Assembly: GCA_009103225.1 (NCBI GenBank)
Contig: RHPI01000193.1
Coordinates: 688,386 to 752,385 of the forward strand
Direction: 5' to 3'
Source of the DNA: Chlorokybus atmophyticus
Taxonomy: Eukaryota > Plantae > Mesostigma and Chlorokybus algae
Length of the DNA: 64,000 bases
Part shown: in pieces, positions 39,638 to 53,831 of the stretch
How positions within the stretch are numbered: position 1 is the stretch's first letter
Layout of the letters: every line of letters begins with the position of its first letter
Position numbers and translations under genes: made by a program
The notes under the pieces: generated by a model
The model's database searches: none
What the model saw: the letters and a program-made list of their open reading frames with translations, nothing else
Told to the model about the DNA's origin: nothing

Positions 39638-41954
39638 CTAACTTAGGCACGTTGAACCTAAGGTAATAATAATAAATGTGGTACTACCACTCAGTGAGGG
39701 CGATGGCGGATGACGCGAATGGTGCCAGCAATATCTGCCGGTGCCTCCGAACACCAACAGCAGCAGCGCTAGGAACAGGGGCATAAGACACCATACAGCT
39801 CCCACCTTGTCTTTGTCCCAGCGGAGACGCTTTGCCTTGATAGCGACCTGCATGAGCACGCATTCACATGACAAACATACGTGTGTGCATGCATGCAGTT
39901 GTGCTGACTTAGAACTGCAAGAGAGATAGAGAACCCATGATGGAGATAATGCCAGCAAGTGTGATATTACCAGCAAGGCGCACGGGAGGGATATAATGTG
40001 CAGGCCAAGCAGGGCTGCCGCGACAATGATGGCCTTCTTGGGCTCATGTAACTGCCAAACCACAACAAGTCTAGTGTCAAGTACATAACACACGGCGGAT
40101 GAGTTGGGGCATGCATCTGTGCGGGTGCGTGCGAGCGCGTGTGTGTCTGCACATGTGCATGGTACGCAATCCTCACATGCATGCTGCTTACCGATGACCA
40201 GCATCTGAAAAGCTGTCCAGCTACAGTGAACATCCCACCCTCCCACACAGTGAAGAGCAAGGCCAGTATGCAAAAACCTTTGAGGCTGCATTGGGGGCAT
40301 ACTTATTTCCGTCAAGGGATGCGATACTGCGAGACGGGCGTGCCATTACTCGCACACATACGCACATGCATGTGAGCGTGCACGCACAGATGCACACACC
40401 AACACTCACACCACAACCATTACCGTTGTGCTATGGTAGAAGAAAATGGGTGAGCAATGTTGTTGTTCGCGCCTGCCGCGTTGGCGTTGGCGTTGGCGTT
40501 GGCGTTGACATTAAGGTGGGTGGCTTCTGGGGCAAAGAGGATTATATCGGCTGCGCGGATGTTGGCAACCATCTGCCCACATATCTCGCACTTGAGTGTT
40601 TTGCGCTTGGCGAGCCAGCCCAGCGCGCACACATAGTGCGCAACCGCCATGCCGCCACGGCAACCGCACCTGCATGCGCATGTGCCACATAACATGTGCT
40701 CCGGCGCATGTGCGTGTAGACATGTGTGCGTGCATGTGCGCTTGCAAAAGGGAAAAAGGGACACATGTGTGCACTTGCGCCCTGGAGTGCACACTCCAAA
40801 GCTGCGTGTACATGTGCTGCAAGCAGGCCCACTTACAAGCACACGGAGAACAGATACAGATACAGATACAGATACAGATACAGATACACAACGGATGCGC
40901 TCACCAGTGGGCATATGCACATACACATACACGTACACACATACACGCACGCACACACTGCTTACCTCAGCAGCGTCGGGCTTGTAGCGCATTCGCCCGC
41001 TGGCTTGGCGCAGTGCGGCCCACACGCCATGAAGTGACGCAGGTCGAGACCTTCCTCCTGTGTGTGTGAATGTCGTGTACAAATGACCTTGGCCACTAGC
41101 ACAACAACAACCACAACAACACTCCCACGCACCTGCAGGGACAGTATTGCTGCGTGCGGCATCAGCGAGGCGGGTTCGCACCCTTCAAGGTCAGCACTAA
41201 GGCATATGCGGCAAGGGAGGAGACAGGCCTGCACGGTGTTGTTGTTGTTGTGTCTCAAAGCTCAACGCTTTGAGCATGCAGTTCCTTAGCATGCAGCTGA
41301 ACAAGTTGCAGTCAGCATGTACCGATTCATGTCACGTGAAGCTTGCAACCCATGACACTAGACTGGGGTGCATGTACCAGTAGTGTGTTTGCTTTGCCAT
41401 TTGGTACCAACCTTGACTGACAGTCGTGTGGTAATAACAGTCCCCAACTTGGGAGAGTGTTATGACCACAAATACACACACACAAAACGGCTGATGCAGC
41501 CACATGACAGTGGAGGCATATTCAGCAAGGCATAAATTGCACAATGCAGTACCTTGAATGCATTATCTGCTGCTACGGTTGTGCCTGCGGGCATGTGAAC
41601 GTGTTTGTGCAATTACGCAGCTATGCACATATGCATAGCCACCTTGTTGACTTTGCTCTGCGCAGAGTCTTGGCCCTCCTCGATGCCCTCCTCTTTGCCG
41701 CTAGGAGCGGCAGCGGCGGCGGCCGCGGCGGCCTGGCCTTCATAAGTGTTGTTGTTGTTGTTGTTGTTGTCAATGATGGCAAACTGGCAAGCTGCAGGCC
41801 CCTGGGGGCAGACGGCGCTGCTGAGGGGGTCGTCGTCCTGCGTTGGCAGCATGTCGATGTGGTCGTAGTTGTTTGTGTCGCTGTGGTTGGCATTGTTGTT
41901 GTCAATGACAACAACCCTGTTGCTGCACCCCTCCGCCACTTCATCCTTGCCCAT
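39638..41954 (-). CDS. Membrane RING-CH (C4HC3, MARCH-like) E3 ligase, copy 1
   Basis: MGKDEVAEG.. low-complexity N-terminus; PCRICL-x-CGCRGGMAVAHYVCALGWLAKRKTLKCEIC; then three hydrophobic segments (FCILALLFTVW; AIIVAAALLGLHIISLPCALL; WCLMPLFLALLLLVFGG). Exons join in frame using the conserved tgcag and ggcag acceptors. Confidence 0.85.
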
Positions 41955-41972
41955 TATGATGTAAAGCACAAT

Positions 41973-42540
<568 letters not shown>

Positions 42541-43891
42541 ATCTGAGTCAGAGCTTTGCGGCGTGCTCCTTTGTTATTGGTCTGGCGGAGGAAGAATCTC
42601 TTTCTGTCCGTGCACTTATTCCGGTATCAAAGAGATTCATACTAGGAGAAAGCGGAACCTCTCTCTGATACAAGCACCCGCATGAAGATTCTTGTACATT
42701 CTGCTTGCCATGCATGAAGAATGGTACTTTTCTAAACAAAGGTAGTTGAACATAATGAAGGCACCAGCAATTACACCAAAATACGATGACAGTGGGAAAC
42801 CATGTGTATACGACCGATATATTGATATGGAAAACTATACATATAAATGATAATAATAAGCATGCAATTAAGTCATCTAACATTCATGCTATCATTAATA
42901 CTGACTGAAACGCATCAGAGCCAACGCATAAAAGCTTTACCTCAAGTGTGTCATGACATTATCGTTTAAACACAAATACTTGCATGCAAATGAAACATTT
43001 GTAATCACTCATGCTGAGTGTGCATTCTTGCACGTCCAATGGTGTGATAGTGGTGGTGGTGGCTTATGTCATAAGAGGTGAGCCCGATAGTCAAGATGAT
43101 TGTTGCTGCATGTATTACTATTGTGTATGCAATTGCCCATCTTATTTACCATATAACCATTCATCCCAAACTCGCATGTGCACAAAAGGTAGCAGTGTTG
43201 CGGGTTGCGTGCCGTGCAACATGTACTTAATATGTTATAAGTTATGATGGGTTGGAAGGGGGTACACAAACAATGCAATGCCATTATTAACAGCAAGCAA
43301 GCAGCAAACAGAATGCACTCGCACTCAACACCAAGCAAGCATACTTGCACGCCTGTACTGCAGGATTGTGTCATACATGGTTATTGCCCCAATGCAACCT
43401 TAATGCTCTTGTCGCGCCTGCCGGCCTCATGCCACCATGGTCACAAGGTACGCGACTTTTAGACCAATAGTACGCGTTTGGACGCGTACAGAGACCCCGC
43501 GTACCTAATACGCAGTCTGTACGCAGTCTGTACGCCAGTGTAACTGGGTTACGCTCCAGTTACGCTGAGATACAGCTTAGCACTGTATCTCAACCGTAAC
43601 TGGTCAGTCTAGTGTAACTAGGCGGCGGTGCAGGCAACATAGTTGGCGGCAGCGGCGGCGTTAGCGGCGGCAGGCAGGTGGGAACGGCGCTCCTTTAGCT
43701 GCAAGCTTCATCTCTCAAGCTACTGTAGCTGCGCCTGATAGCCATTAGCTACAAGGTGTGTGCGTGGGTATGCACTGGTTGCCTGCATGCTTGGCTATGC
43801 GCCCATCATACATCATGCAGCCTGCAAGTCATACCATCAACGTGCTATATGTGATTTGCATGTGTTCATAATAGTGTTTGTTTATGTTAGA

Positions 43892-46410
43892 ATGACGCAA
43901 AGTGCGCTGTGGAAGCACGTCGACATAATAGAGAAAAAGCCTCATGGCAACTTTCGTGTGAGGTGTGTTTATTGCGAGCACGAGTGGACAGGAAGTGTTT
44001 CACGTATTGGTGCCCATCTGAGTGGTGAACGTGGAGTCACCAAGTGCACAACCCCTCCCGAGGAGATCGTCTTGCAACTTACACAAGCCAAGAAAGACAA
44101 GGAGAAAGAGGGTGAGAAGAGGAGGAGGTTGGACTTGCTAGATCAACTCACATCCGCCATTGGGGATGCTGGTGCAGGTACTTGAATGCATGCGTGCATG
44201 CATTGAAGCTTGGCAAGCAGTGGTGCTGCTCATCACGCATCAAATCAATCACATTGTGCTATAGATTCAAGCGCCACCGTTCCTTCTAGTCAACAACAAA
44301 CTCTTGATGCAACTTTCAAGCGTGGGGATAAAGCGCATGTGGATGAAGCCATTGCTCGGTTTTTCTTCAGCAATGGCATCCCCTTCAACGTGGCAAGGTC
44401 CCCTTACTTTATCGCAGCAATGAAAGCGGTTGGCAAGTTTGGCGCTTCATATACCCCTCCCTCATCCGAGGCGCTTCGCACAACCTTGTTGGAAAAGGAG
44501 TATGCTAGGGTGAATGGCGAACTTGCAGTCATCAAGGACTCAACACGAGAAACCTCATGCACAATTGCTAGCGATGGATGGTCGGACACGTCCAACCGTC
44601 CATTGTTGAATGTGCTCATGGTGAGTCCTAAAGGAGAAGTTTTTCTTCAAGCAATCAACACGGAAGGGAAGGAGAAGACGGCGGAGTATGTATCCGAGCA
44701 GCTGATCTCCACCATTGATGAAGTAAGTGGTGCACTCGTTCATTGCCATTATAGATTGTGTACACAACCATGCTAAGTAACACATGCAAGCACTGACTGG
44801 CAGCACTTTATGAGCACATGCATCACACGCGCATGCTCATGCTCGCACCCGACACAAGTACGCATGCGTGTGACACATGCATGCACTGACTGGCAGCACT
44901 TTGTGAGCACATGCATTACACGCGCATGCTCATGCTCGCACACAACACAAGTACTTATGCGTGTGACACATGCACGCACTGACTGGCAGCACTTTGTGAG
45001 CACATGCATCACACACGCATGCTCATACACGCACACAACACAAGTACTTATGTGTGTAACTTGCAGGTGGGGTCCGCGAATGTGATACAAGTTGTCATGG
45101 ACAATGCAAGCGTGTGCGTAGCTGCTGCACGTCTGATCACTAGCGAATACCCGCACATCACATGGACGCCGTGCACCGCGCATTGCTTGGACTTATTGCT
45201 TGAGGATATAGGCAAGTTGGAGTGGGTTAAAAGCGTGGTGGCTGATGGCAAACGCATAGTGAAGTTCATTACCAACCACCATCGTTCCTTGGCCATCTTC
45301 CGCTCCAAAGCCAAGCTAGAGCTGCTCAAGCCAGGTGAAATAGCATGCGTGCATGTGTGTAGTTAGAGATCAACTTAGTACAAGCGCAAGATTAATGGTA
45401 GACAGCAACCATGTGAAATTGCAGCTGATTGCCCGCGCATGCATGCATGCTCATGTCATGCGCGTGCTTGTTTGCTCATAGCTACTTGTTGTGCAGGAGA
45501 TACTCGCTTCGCAACGTCATTCATAACTCTTGCAAGGCTAGTCGAGGTCAAAGACGCTCTCGACGAGGTGGTGGTGAGCAGGGACTGGAAGGCTTGGGCC
45601 GACAAGGGTGTGCATAAGCAAGAAGCTGCTGCAGTCAGAGCGTTGATCTTGGCACCAGATTTCTGGTCACAAGTGGCATTAGTGAATGCGGTGTCGGCCC
45701 CCATCGTGGATCTGCTGCGTTTGGTTGATGGGAACTTGCCCACCATAGGCAAAGTGTACGCCAAGATGTTTCGTGTTGGCGACCAGCTCAAGCATCTGAA
45801 GGGCATGACTGAACAACAACGACTTGATGTGCGCGCCTGTTGGAGGGACAGGTGGATCATGCTGCATAGTGACATGCATGCAGCAGGCTATGTGCTGGAT
45901 CCCGAATATTGGGGTCATGAGCAGCACACCAATGAGGAAGTTATGGAAGGCTTTGCAACGATGGTGGAGAGGGTCCTGCAGTCCCATGACAAGGTTGACT
46001 TGGCGTTGCAACAGCTACACATGTACCGAAGTAAGATGGGGCTGTTCGGCAAAGAGGCAGTGCAACGAGCGGCTCTCACAATGCCCGCGCATGCTTGGTG
46101 GCACATGTATGGTGGTAGTGTACCCGAGTTGCAGCAGCTAGCGATGCGCGTGTTGGCTCAACCATCATCAGCTTGTAGCTGTGAGAGATCCTGGAGCACG
46201 TACGACTTCATCCACTCAAAGAGAAGGAATCGGCTGCAAGCACGCAGGGCAGAGAAGTTGGTGTTTGTCTTCACCAACTTGAGGCAGCTGAAGAAGATCC
46301 ACAACCCACATTATGTGCAGGAGTTTGTTGAGTGGGAGGCAGACTCTGATGTGGACGTGTTGTCTAGTAATGATGATGAGGGGGGCGAGTCTGATGATTA
46401 CTCGGTGTAA
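43892..46410 (+). CDS. hAT transposase (BED finger, DUF659-like core, dimerisation domain), 641 aa, intact
   Basis: Exons 43892-44177, 44265-44722, 45067-45334 and 45497-46410 total 1926 nt with no stop. BED finger LWKH..CVYC..H..C; SDGW, MDNA, CTAHCLDL, TRF, LDP, WWHMYG and SCERSWS motifs. Confidence 0.94.
44790..45060. repeat. 93-bp minisatellite x3 in hAT transposase intron 2
   Basis: gcactgactggcagcacttt.. starts at 44790, 44883 and 44976. Confidence 0.9.
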
Positions 46411-47833
46411 CTAGGCAGACACATGTGATGGGCTATGTCTGCACACATGCTTCGCTGTAACATAGTGTTCTCTGCTCATTGTTTACTGTTGTGCACATGT
46501 ACGCAAGTAGCATGCTTGATGCTCGTGAAGCAACACGACAAAACTGCCACTGTAGCGTACTGCCACGTACTGGCATAAATGGGTACATGTATGTACGCGT
46601 ACACCACCGCTCACGTACTAAACGCGTACTGTGTACCATGTGACCATGCATGCCACTGGTATGATATGATGTCGTACACCCCTTGACTAAGCACATTATG
46701 TTTCATTGTATATGATTTATATAATATAAATCCTATACGTGTGCACATGTAACTGTCACCCTTCTCGCTCGTACACACGCGCTGTAAATTACAAGTTTTA
46801 TCACAAGCTTTGCTATTCCCATGATGGCTTTAAGAGTCTCTTACCAATACAAAGCCTAAGCAATTGTAAAAGAACCAACAAGTCAATCGAAACAAATGGA
46901 GCATATTTGACTTTACAATTGGTTCGCCTGCATATCATATACCATGGATAAGAGCAATAAAGGATGCTGCAAGAACTGATTCATCGATGGATAATAACCT
47001 ACTCAGCTAAGGTGTAGTGATTGCATAGTGCAAGCAGTCAAGCAATGGATGCGTAACACTTTGCACATGTACGTGGACTCGAGTGTATCGGCTACACTTG
47101 AGGAAAGCCATCGTGCATATGCAAGCATTGTGAGTCTGAGCTTATGTGACATAAGCTAAAACTCACAGTATGGTAGAATAGCTAAGTGACTCTAGTTTCA
47201 CTTCGACACTCACTGCCATACTATACAAATGTGTCTACCTAATTTGATCGTCGTGAAGCTACAACCTACAAACACAACATGAAATCGCGTCATTGTTGCG
47301 CTTGTCTTGCTGCTACGTGCCGAGCTTCCCATCATTATGTTTGCAATCACTTTGAACAGTCTGGTTGCTGGCAGCAATTGGTCTTCCGCCTACCACGTTG
47401 TGCAGACTAGTGCAATTTGCTGTCAAGCAATGTAATCGATAGAAGTTGGAGTCCATGATGTGTGTGGATTGGTAAGAAGAGTTGAAGGTCATTCATTCAT
47501 TGAGGGGCAGTCACATGAGAAAGGCTAGTGCACTGCGTGTAGTGGCAAACGCACAGCGTATTGCTATCATCACGCAACAACACAAGTGAAGCCCTCACAC
47601 AGCTACGTTCGACAGGTGCCATTGCAGTCAGCAAGGGAAAAGCTAGCATGTCCGTATGCGTGTGTTTTGGATCAGCAAAACACTGCAGCAACTGTACATG
47701 CAGTGGCCAGAGAAAGCAACATTTCGTGTTGGCTACTGCCAACGCGAGTGAATGAGTTAACTATGTACACCAAGGATTGGTGATTGGAAAAATGTGACAC
47801 AACGGATACAATCACCCTAAGAGCGCGCCTAAT

Positions 47834-50050
47834 TCACGTGGAACCTAGCATAACAATAATAGTAACGCCGCCCGCGACACTGCTTCTGGACGCGGGTGAT
47901 GACGACCCCGCTTGGTGCCAGCAGTAACTGCCGGTGCCCCCGAACAGTAACAGCATCAGCACCAGGCACAGAGGGGTAAGACACCACGTAAGTGCCATCT
48001 TGTCTTTGTCCCAGCGGGGCTTCTGTGCCTTGGCAGCGATCTGCATGAGCACACACGCGCGTTTACGTGAAACGTGTATGCCTGGATGCAGATGCATGCG
48101 GTTGCTACGGTGTGCTGGCACTCAGAGAGAACCCATGATGGATGGATGCCAGTCCATACCAGCATGGCGCATGGGAGCGAGATAATGTGCGGGCCAAGCA
48201 GGGACGCTGCGACGATGATGGCCTTCTTGAGCTCATGCAACTGCCAAACAACAACCCTGGTGGTGTCAAGTACACAACATCGTGGATGAGTTGGTGCATG
48301 CATCTGTGCAGGTGCGTGCGAGCGAGCGTGCATGCGTGTGCGGGTGTGTCTGCACTCACGCATGGTATGCAACCCTGCTGCACATGCATGATGCTTGTTA
48401 CCGATGACCAGCATCTGAAGAGCTGTCCAGCTGAAGTGAACATCCCGCCCTCATCCCACACAATGAAGAGGACGCAGAGTAACACGAGTGCGCCACAAGC
48501 TTTGAGGCAGCTGCACTGAGGGTATATCTTATTGCACAGCGGAACCCAATACTGCGAGATGGACGTGCCGCTGTACACACACCACAACCATCACCTTGGT
48601 GCTGCAAGATTCAGTTGAGCAGTGGTGTTGTTCGCGCCTGCCGCGGTGGCGTTGCTGCTGCCGGAACTCTCTTTCTTGCTTGAAGCGAACAGTGTTACGT
48701 CCACCGTGCCAATGTTGGCAACTATCTGCCCACATATGTCGCACTTGCGTGTTTTGCGCTTGGCGAGCCAGCCCAACGCGCACACGTAGTGCGCGTTGGG
48801 CTGGCTCGCCAACCGCCATGCTGCCACGGCACCGCACCTGCGCGTGTGCATACATCAACATGTGCTCCTGCGCGTGTGCATACATGTGCGCTCGCATGGA
48901 CTCGAGAAAAGGGACACATGTGTGCATATTCCACTGGTAGGCACATTTGCTTGTACGAGTGTGCCTGTTTGCAGGACATGTACGCACATGCGCAGCCTTG
49001 GAGTTTGCACACTACTTACCTCAGCTGCGTAGGGCTTGTAGCGCATTCGCCCGCTGGCTTGGCGCAGTGCGGCCCGCACGCCATGAAGTGCCTCAGGTCA
49101 AGCCCTTCCTCCTGCGCGTGTGTGTGAATGTCGTGTGTACACACTCACATGACCTTGGCCACAACAACAGCACTGCGGGCACCTGCAGGGACTGTATTGC
49201 TGCGTGCGGCATCAGCGAGGCAGGTTCGCACCCTTCGAGGTCCACACCAAGACATATGCGGCAAGGGAGGTAGTTGGCCTGCACGGTGTTGTGTTGTGTC
49301 TCGGTACTCAACAATGCACGCTTTAAGCATAATTTCATTTCGCATGCAGCTTAGCACGTTGCAGTCAGCAGGTGAAAAGTAATGCAACCCTTGACACACG
49401 CATGCATGCACACGCAAAAGCATCTGCGCATCACAATGCGTGTTACGGACATGGTGGTGTACGCTGCAAAGCTATGAGCATGACTTGTGTGTCTAGACTC
49501 TCGACGGGTGCATGTAGCTAGCATTGTCTTGCCCACATTTGGTTCAACCATGACATACGTCTTGTGGTAGTAAACAGTCTCAACTTGGGGACTGTGTGTG
49601 ACCACAAGAAGACATCACAAAAAACGGCTGATGCAGCCACACGGCAGTGGAGGCATAAGTCATCAGCAAGGCACAATGCACTGTCTGCTGCAGCCGTTGT
49701 GCCTGTGGACGGGCATGTGGACGTGTGTTTGTGCAATCATGCAGCTGTGTGTAGCTGTGCATATGCATCCCACCCTACCTTGTGTGCACCTTGCTCTGCT
49801 CAGAGTTTTCAGCCTCCTTGCTGTCCTGCGCCTCCTTGCCGCTGGAAGCAGCGGCGGCGGCAGTAGCGGCGGCGGCGTGCACCTCGCCAGCATGGATGTT
49901 GTCGCCTGCAGGCGTCTGGGGGCGGACGGCGGCGCTGCTGAGGGGTTCGTCCTGCGTTGGCAGCATGTCGATGGTGTCGTGGTTGTCGTGGTTGTCAATG
50001 ACGACAACAACGCTGTTGCTGCACCCCTCCGCCACTTCATCCTCGCCCAT
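47834..50050 (-). CDS. Membrane RING-CH E3 ligase copy 2, with an altered RING (4th Cys ligand lost)
   Basis: Colinear with copy 1. The RING exon reads RCGAVAAWRLASQPNAHYVCALGW..CDIC because of a 1-nt deletion plus a 16-nt insertion. The exon-1 donor is ambiguous. Confidence 0.72.
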
Positions 50051-50067
50051 GATGTTGGGGTATAGAC

Positions 50068-50120
<53 letters not shown>

Positions 50121-50702
50121 ATGTTGCGTGTCTGAGTGAGAGCTTAGCGGCGTGCTTTCTTATTGGTCTGACGGTGGAGGAATCTCTCCTTCTGTGCAGA
50201 TTCCCTGTGTCAGAGAGATCTCTCACTGACACAAGCGCCCACACACCCAGACTTTTGTTTAAACCGCTTGCCATGCGCATGGATAATTGATGGATACCGT
50301 TTCATTCTACATGAAGGCAGCTGCACACATTGCAGGCATCTACATACGCTCCAGGGCATAATGATATTGGAAAAGGAGAATGGAGCTTGGCCGAAATCAC
50401 TCATCCTCTATGCGGCTAAGATGCATAAAGCTATGTCGACAATAAACAGTTGTTGAGCGTCTTTCATTAACTATTCACGCAAAAACTTGCACTCGAGTTA
50501 TGCTACACGATTACTTGTATTTCGTATAACGAGTGCAAAGCATTTGCAATACCGACTTACAAAAGCAAGTTACATACCGACACATTTACAAAACCACACA
50601 AATACCTTGCATGTTGCATTTCCAATACAAAAGGCGTTTAGATATTATTTATCACCACACAGATTAAAGGCCCCACACGGGGGCGGAAGAGGGGGGGGGG
50701 GG

Positions 50703-50829
50703 NNNNNNNNNNNNNNNNNNNNNNNNNNNNNNNNNNNNNNNNNNNNNNNNNNNNNNNNNNNNNNNNNNNNNNNNNNNNNNNNNNNNNNNNNNNNNNNNNN
50801 NNNNNNNNNNNNNNNNNNNNNNNNNNNNN
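50703..50829. other. Assembly gap (N) flanked by poly-G; a second gap at 56704-57051 follows a poly-C run
   Basis: N runs in the sequence. Confidence 0.95.
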
Positions 50830-50861
<32 letters not shown>

Positions 50862-52699
50862 AGCAAGCCTATGTATATATGTATACTTACGGCGATAGTG
50901 ATAGTATCAGCCTGAACCCTATAACCAATAAAAGCCTTCAATTACAAGCTTGCAAATCTCGCAATGTTGATTTTATTGTTGCTTGTGTTTAAACATTGCT
51001 ACGTTGTAGACACAAAACAACGCATCAATATCGGCATCCATAAATAAAGTGTATAGATTTCAATGTCTTAAGTGCTTGCTTAGCACGTGTGTTACTTTGT
51101 GTATCACCTTTTTCATCTCTCCCTTCCTCGTTATTCTCTTCCTGGAGGAGATCGTAATGTTATAGAATTATATCTCATCATTAATTATAATGTAATAACG
51201 ACATTATAATGGTCATCTGCAACACATGCTCCCCGAATAAAAAACCCCGTAAACAAATACAGCCCCCCTTGGCTCACTTCCATTGAGAGACTTCTTTAGT
51301 GAAGAGGGGGTAACAGCACGCTCATATTGCAATCACATGACGGTGTCCACATAGCCAATTATGCCGCTACTATAGCCTTGTTTAGGGCCCTTGAAAGCTT
51401 TTTAAATACCGACATGGGCCTTGCACTTTTTCATTATGTGAGAAGTCGCCGCAATCGGGATGTTTACGCTAGTTGATCAGCTATTTACGTGCTAGCCATA
51501 AGCAAGCCTTACAACAACGGTATATGAGGGTTGCAAACCATGCACGTGCATGGTGCACACATACGCTCATGCACGTGCATGGTCGCTCGTGTACTCACAT
51601 GCATAGCTACATGAACTATCAACTGATGAGACTAACATGATCGTTGCCTACAGTTGCATGAGCCTATCATATTTGGCCCAAAACGCCTGCCAGATTTCGG
51701 GCCGCCCTCGCCCTTAAACACCCAACAGAATTGAGCTTGCAGGCAGCGTTGTAATCACTTATCAATCCATTGCAGGACTCATCCGGTGCAACGGGCATTT
51801 CAAAGACGGAAGTTGTTGAGAGTTGTCAAGTGTTTTTATTGGTAGATAGGCATGCGGCTTGGGTCACCCTAAGAAAGAAATACAATCACGGTGATTGTAT
51901 TTATCGTGCATCTGTAGATCAATCGTTTATACTTCTACCAATACGCGCGAGTGTCCGGATCACGCACTCCCAATGGCATGCGTGGCTATGACAAGGATAA
52001 AGACACCATATCTGTTTCCCAGCTAATCTGTCCAAAAAGTTCCGAGCTGTCCTCCTCAGGCATATCAATGTGAACTTGTATGACTTATGCATCGAATGCA
52101 CATAACCTAGCTTATGTGTGATTGTATAGCTGTTGTTGTCTTTTCGCGGGGTGTTGCATTAGGAAGTGGCATTCTCTATGTCTATGAGGTGTACATATAA
52201 TGCAAGATAATGGGAGATCATGCACGACACATGCAATCCACAACAACATGTGCAACATGCAGCTCACACCTTTGGCGCACCATACGTAGACCACAGGGCT
52301 ACTCTACCCATTTCGCTCAATTCCAACCTTCTTGTAATCACACTTGTGTTACGCACATCCTTGATGTAAGCACAAGTTTTCGGAGAATTAACGTGCACTA
52401 GGCAAATCACCCCCCTATTCAAGCACCATCACACCAAATGTAAGCACCATCTATAACTGCCTTTAGTGATTACAAAGAGGGCAACCAAGTTACAGTGCAT
52501 TAATCACACGTGCATTGCTGTGTACACAATTGCATATACATATGTACAATATACATGTTATGTGCACGAAGATCGTGCACATAACCCATATCTTCGTGCT
52601 ACGTACATGCATGTGCAAATACATACATACGTAAACAAGTATATACTCATAGTATATGTATATGTGCACATAGATTGTTAAATGTAACAAACCCTCAGG

Positions 52700-53080
52700 G
52701 CACACCTTACACACACACATATATATATAGAGAGAGAGAGAGACACACATACATACATACATACATATATTTATATGCATATATAAATGTATATATATAT
52801 ATGTATACATATACATAGACATAGACAAGTATGTGTATATATATATGTATTTGTATATGTATTAAAGTAGTGTATACATATATATATATGTATACAAGTA
52901 GTGTATATGTATATATACATGTGTATACATACATATGTGTGTGTACTATAATATCTATTCTATGTATACTGTAATATAGATTTGTATGCATATAAACACC
53001 TATATACATACCTGTGTACAGAGACATATATACAGATGTGCATATATATTTGTATGCATTGCTACATATAAGTATATAGT
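52700..53080. repeat. Compound AT-rich microsatellite mosaic ((CA)n, (TA)n, (GA)n, (TACA)n)
   Basis: Directly visible low-complexity tract. Confidence 0.85.
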
Positions 53081-53831
53081 CATGTAGCTGATTCTCTCGA
53101 CCTGAGCACAGGATGTGCTTAGAACGAGGTAAACCTCGCACCAGTCACAATGTGCCACACCTCGCTGTAAGCACAAAGTGTTGGGTAGTCCACGATGTGC
53201 TTAAATCAAGGGCAGGTTGTACTTACACTATTACTAACAACGTGAGGACCCGTTAGCCATGTCAATCAGTGCATGCATGCGGTACCTGCAATAGACACGA
53301 GCGTATGTCTGTTGGCTTATTGTGTTCTGACTTGCATGCGGCCTTGCTTTGAGTGTTTCTATGGCGCAGATCTATGCAACCTCGTGGGTGCGGTTTGCCA
53401 TAGTGTTGTTGCCCACATTGTTTGCAGGAGAGAAAGGCAACTGCATTGCGTCTTGGGAAAGGGATTGACTGCATTACGCACGCAACAACAGCAGAGGTGA
53501 AGCCTTCTATCAGCTACATATGACAGTTACCACCACGGTAGTCAACAGGTCTAATCTAGCAGCCGAGCGTATGCGTGTGTCTTGGATCAGCAAAACACTG
53601 CAGCAACTAGTAGTGTTCAACTGAATAACTATCAAGCGTCGGTAGTAGCCAACGCGAATGACTCCAACTCTATACACGAACAAAGATGAGTATATGTGTA
53701 CAATGTATACAATCACCCCGAGCGTGCCAAACTTAGGCACACTTTTGGGTTGAACCTAAGATGACAATAATAATGTGTGCGGCCTCGTCACTGTAGTTAT
53801 TTGATGAGGGCGACAACGACCCGCATTGGTG

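Larger units (their letters stand above)
43436..46648 (+). mobile_element. Full-length hAT DNA transposon (3213 bp)
   Basis: 16-bp TIRs CATGGTCACAAGGTAC (43436-51) and GTACCATGTGACCATG (46633-48), one mismatch. Perfect 8-bp TSD CATGCCAC (43428-35 and 46649-56). Subterminal GTACGC/GCGTAC repeats at both ends. Confidence 0.96.

Noticed and set aside
40290-40340. Apparent stops or frameshifts in RING-CH copies 1 and 3 (segment before the first TM exon)
   Set aside because: A conserved tgcag acceptor just downstream in all three copies puts this segment in the intron and restores the frame, so copies 1 and 3 were not called pseudogenes on this basis.
50692-50860. Poly-G/poly-C runs at similar distances upstream of RING-CH copies 2 and 3 (G-quadruplex idea)
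   Set aside because: They flank N gaps and have opposite polarity; true length and content are unknown, and they are most likely assembly breakpoints.
51000-52450. Unique-looking intergenic DNA here and at 57050-58800
   Set aside because: No coding, RNA or repeat structure could be supported by eye.
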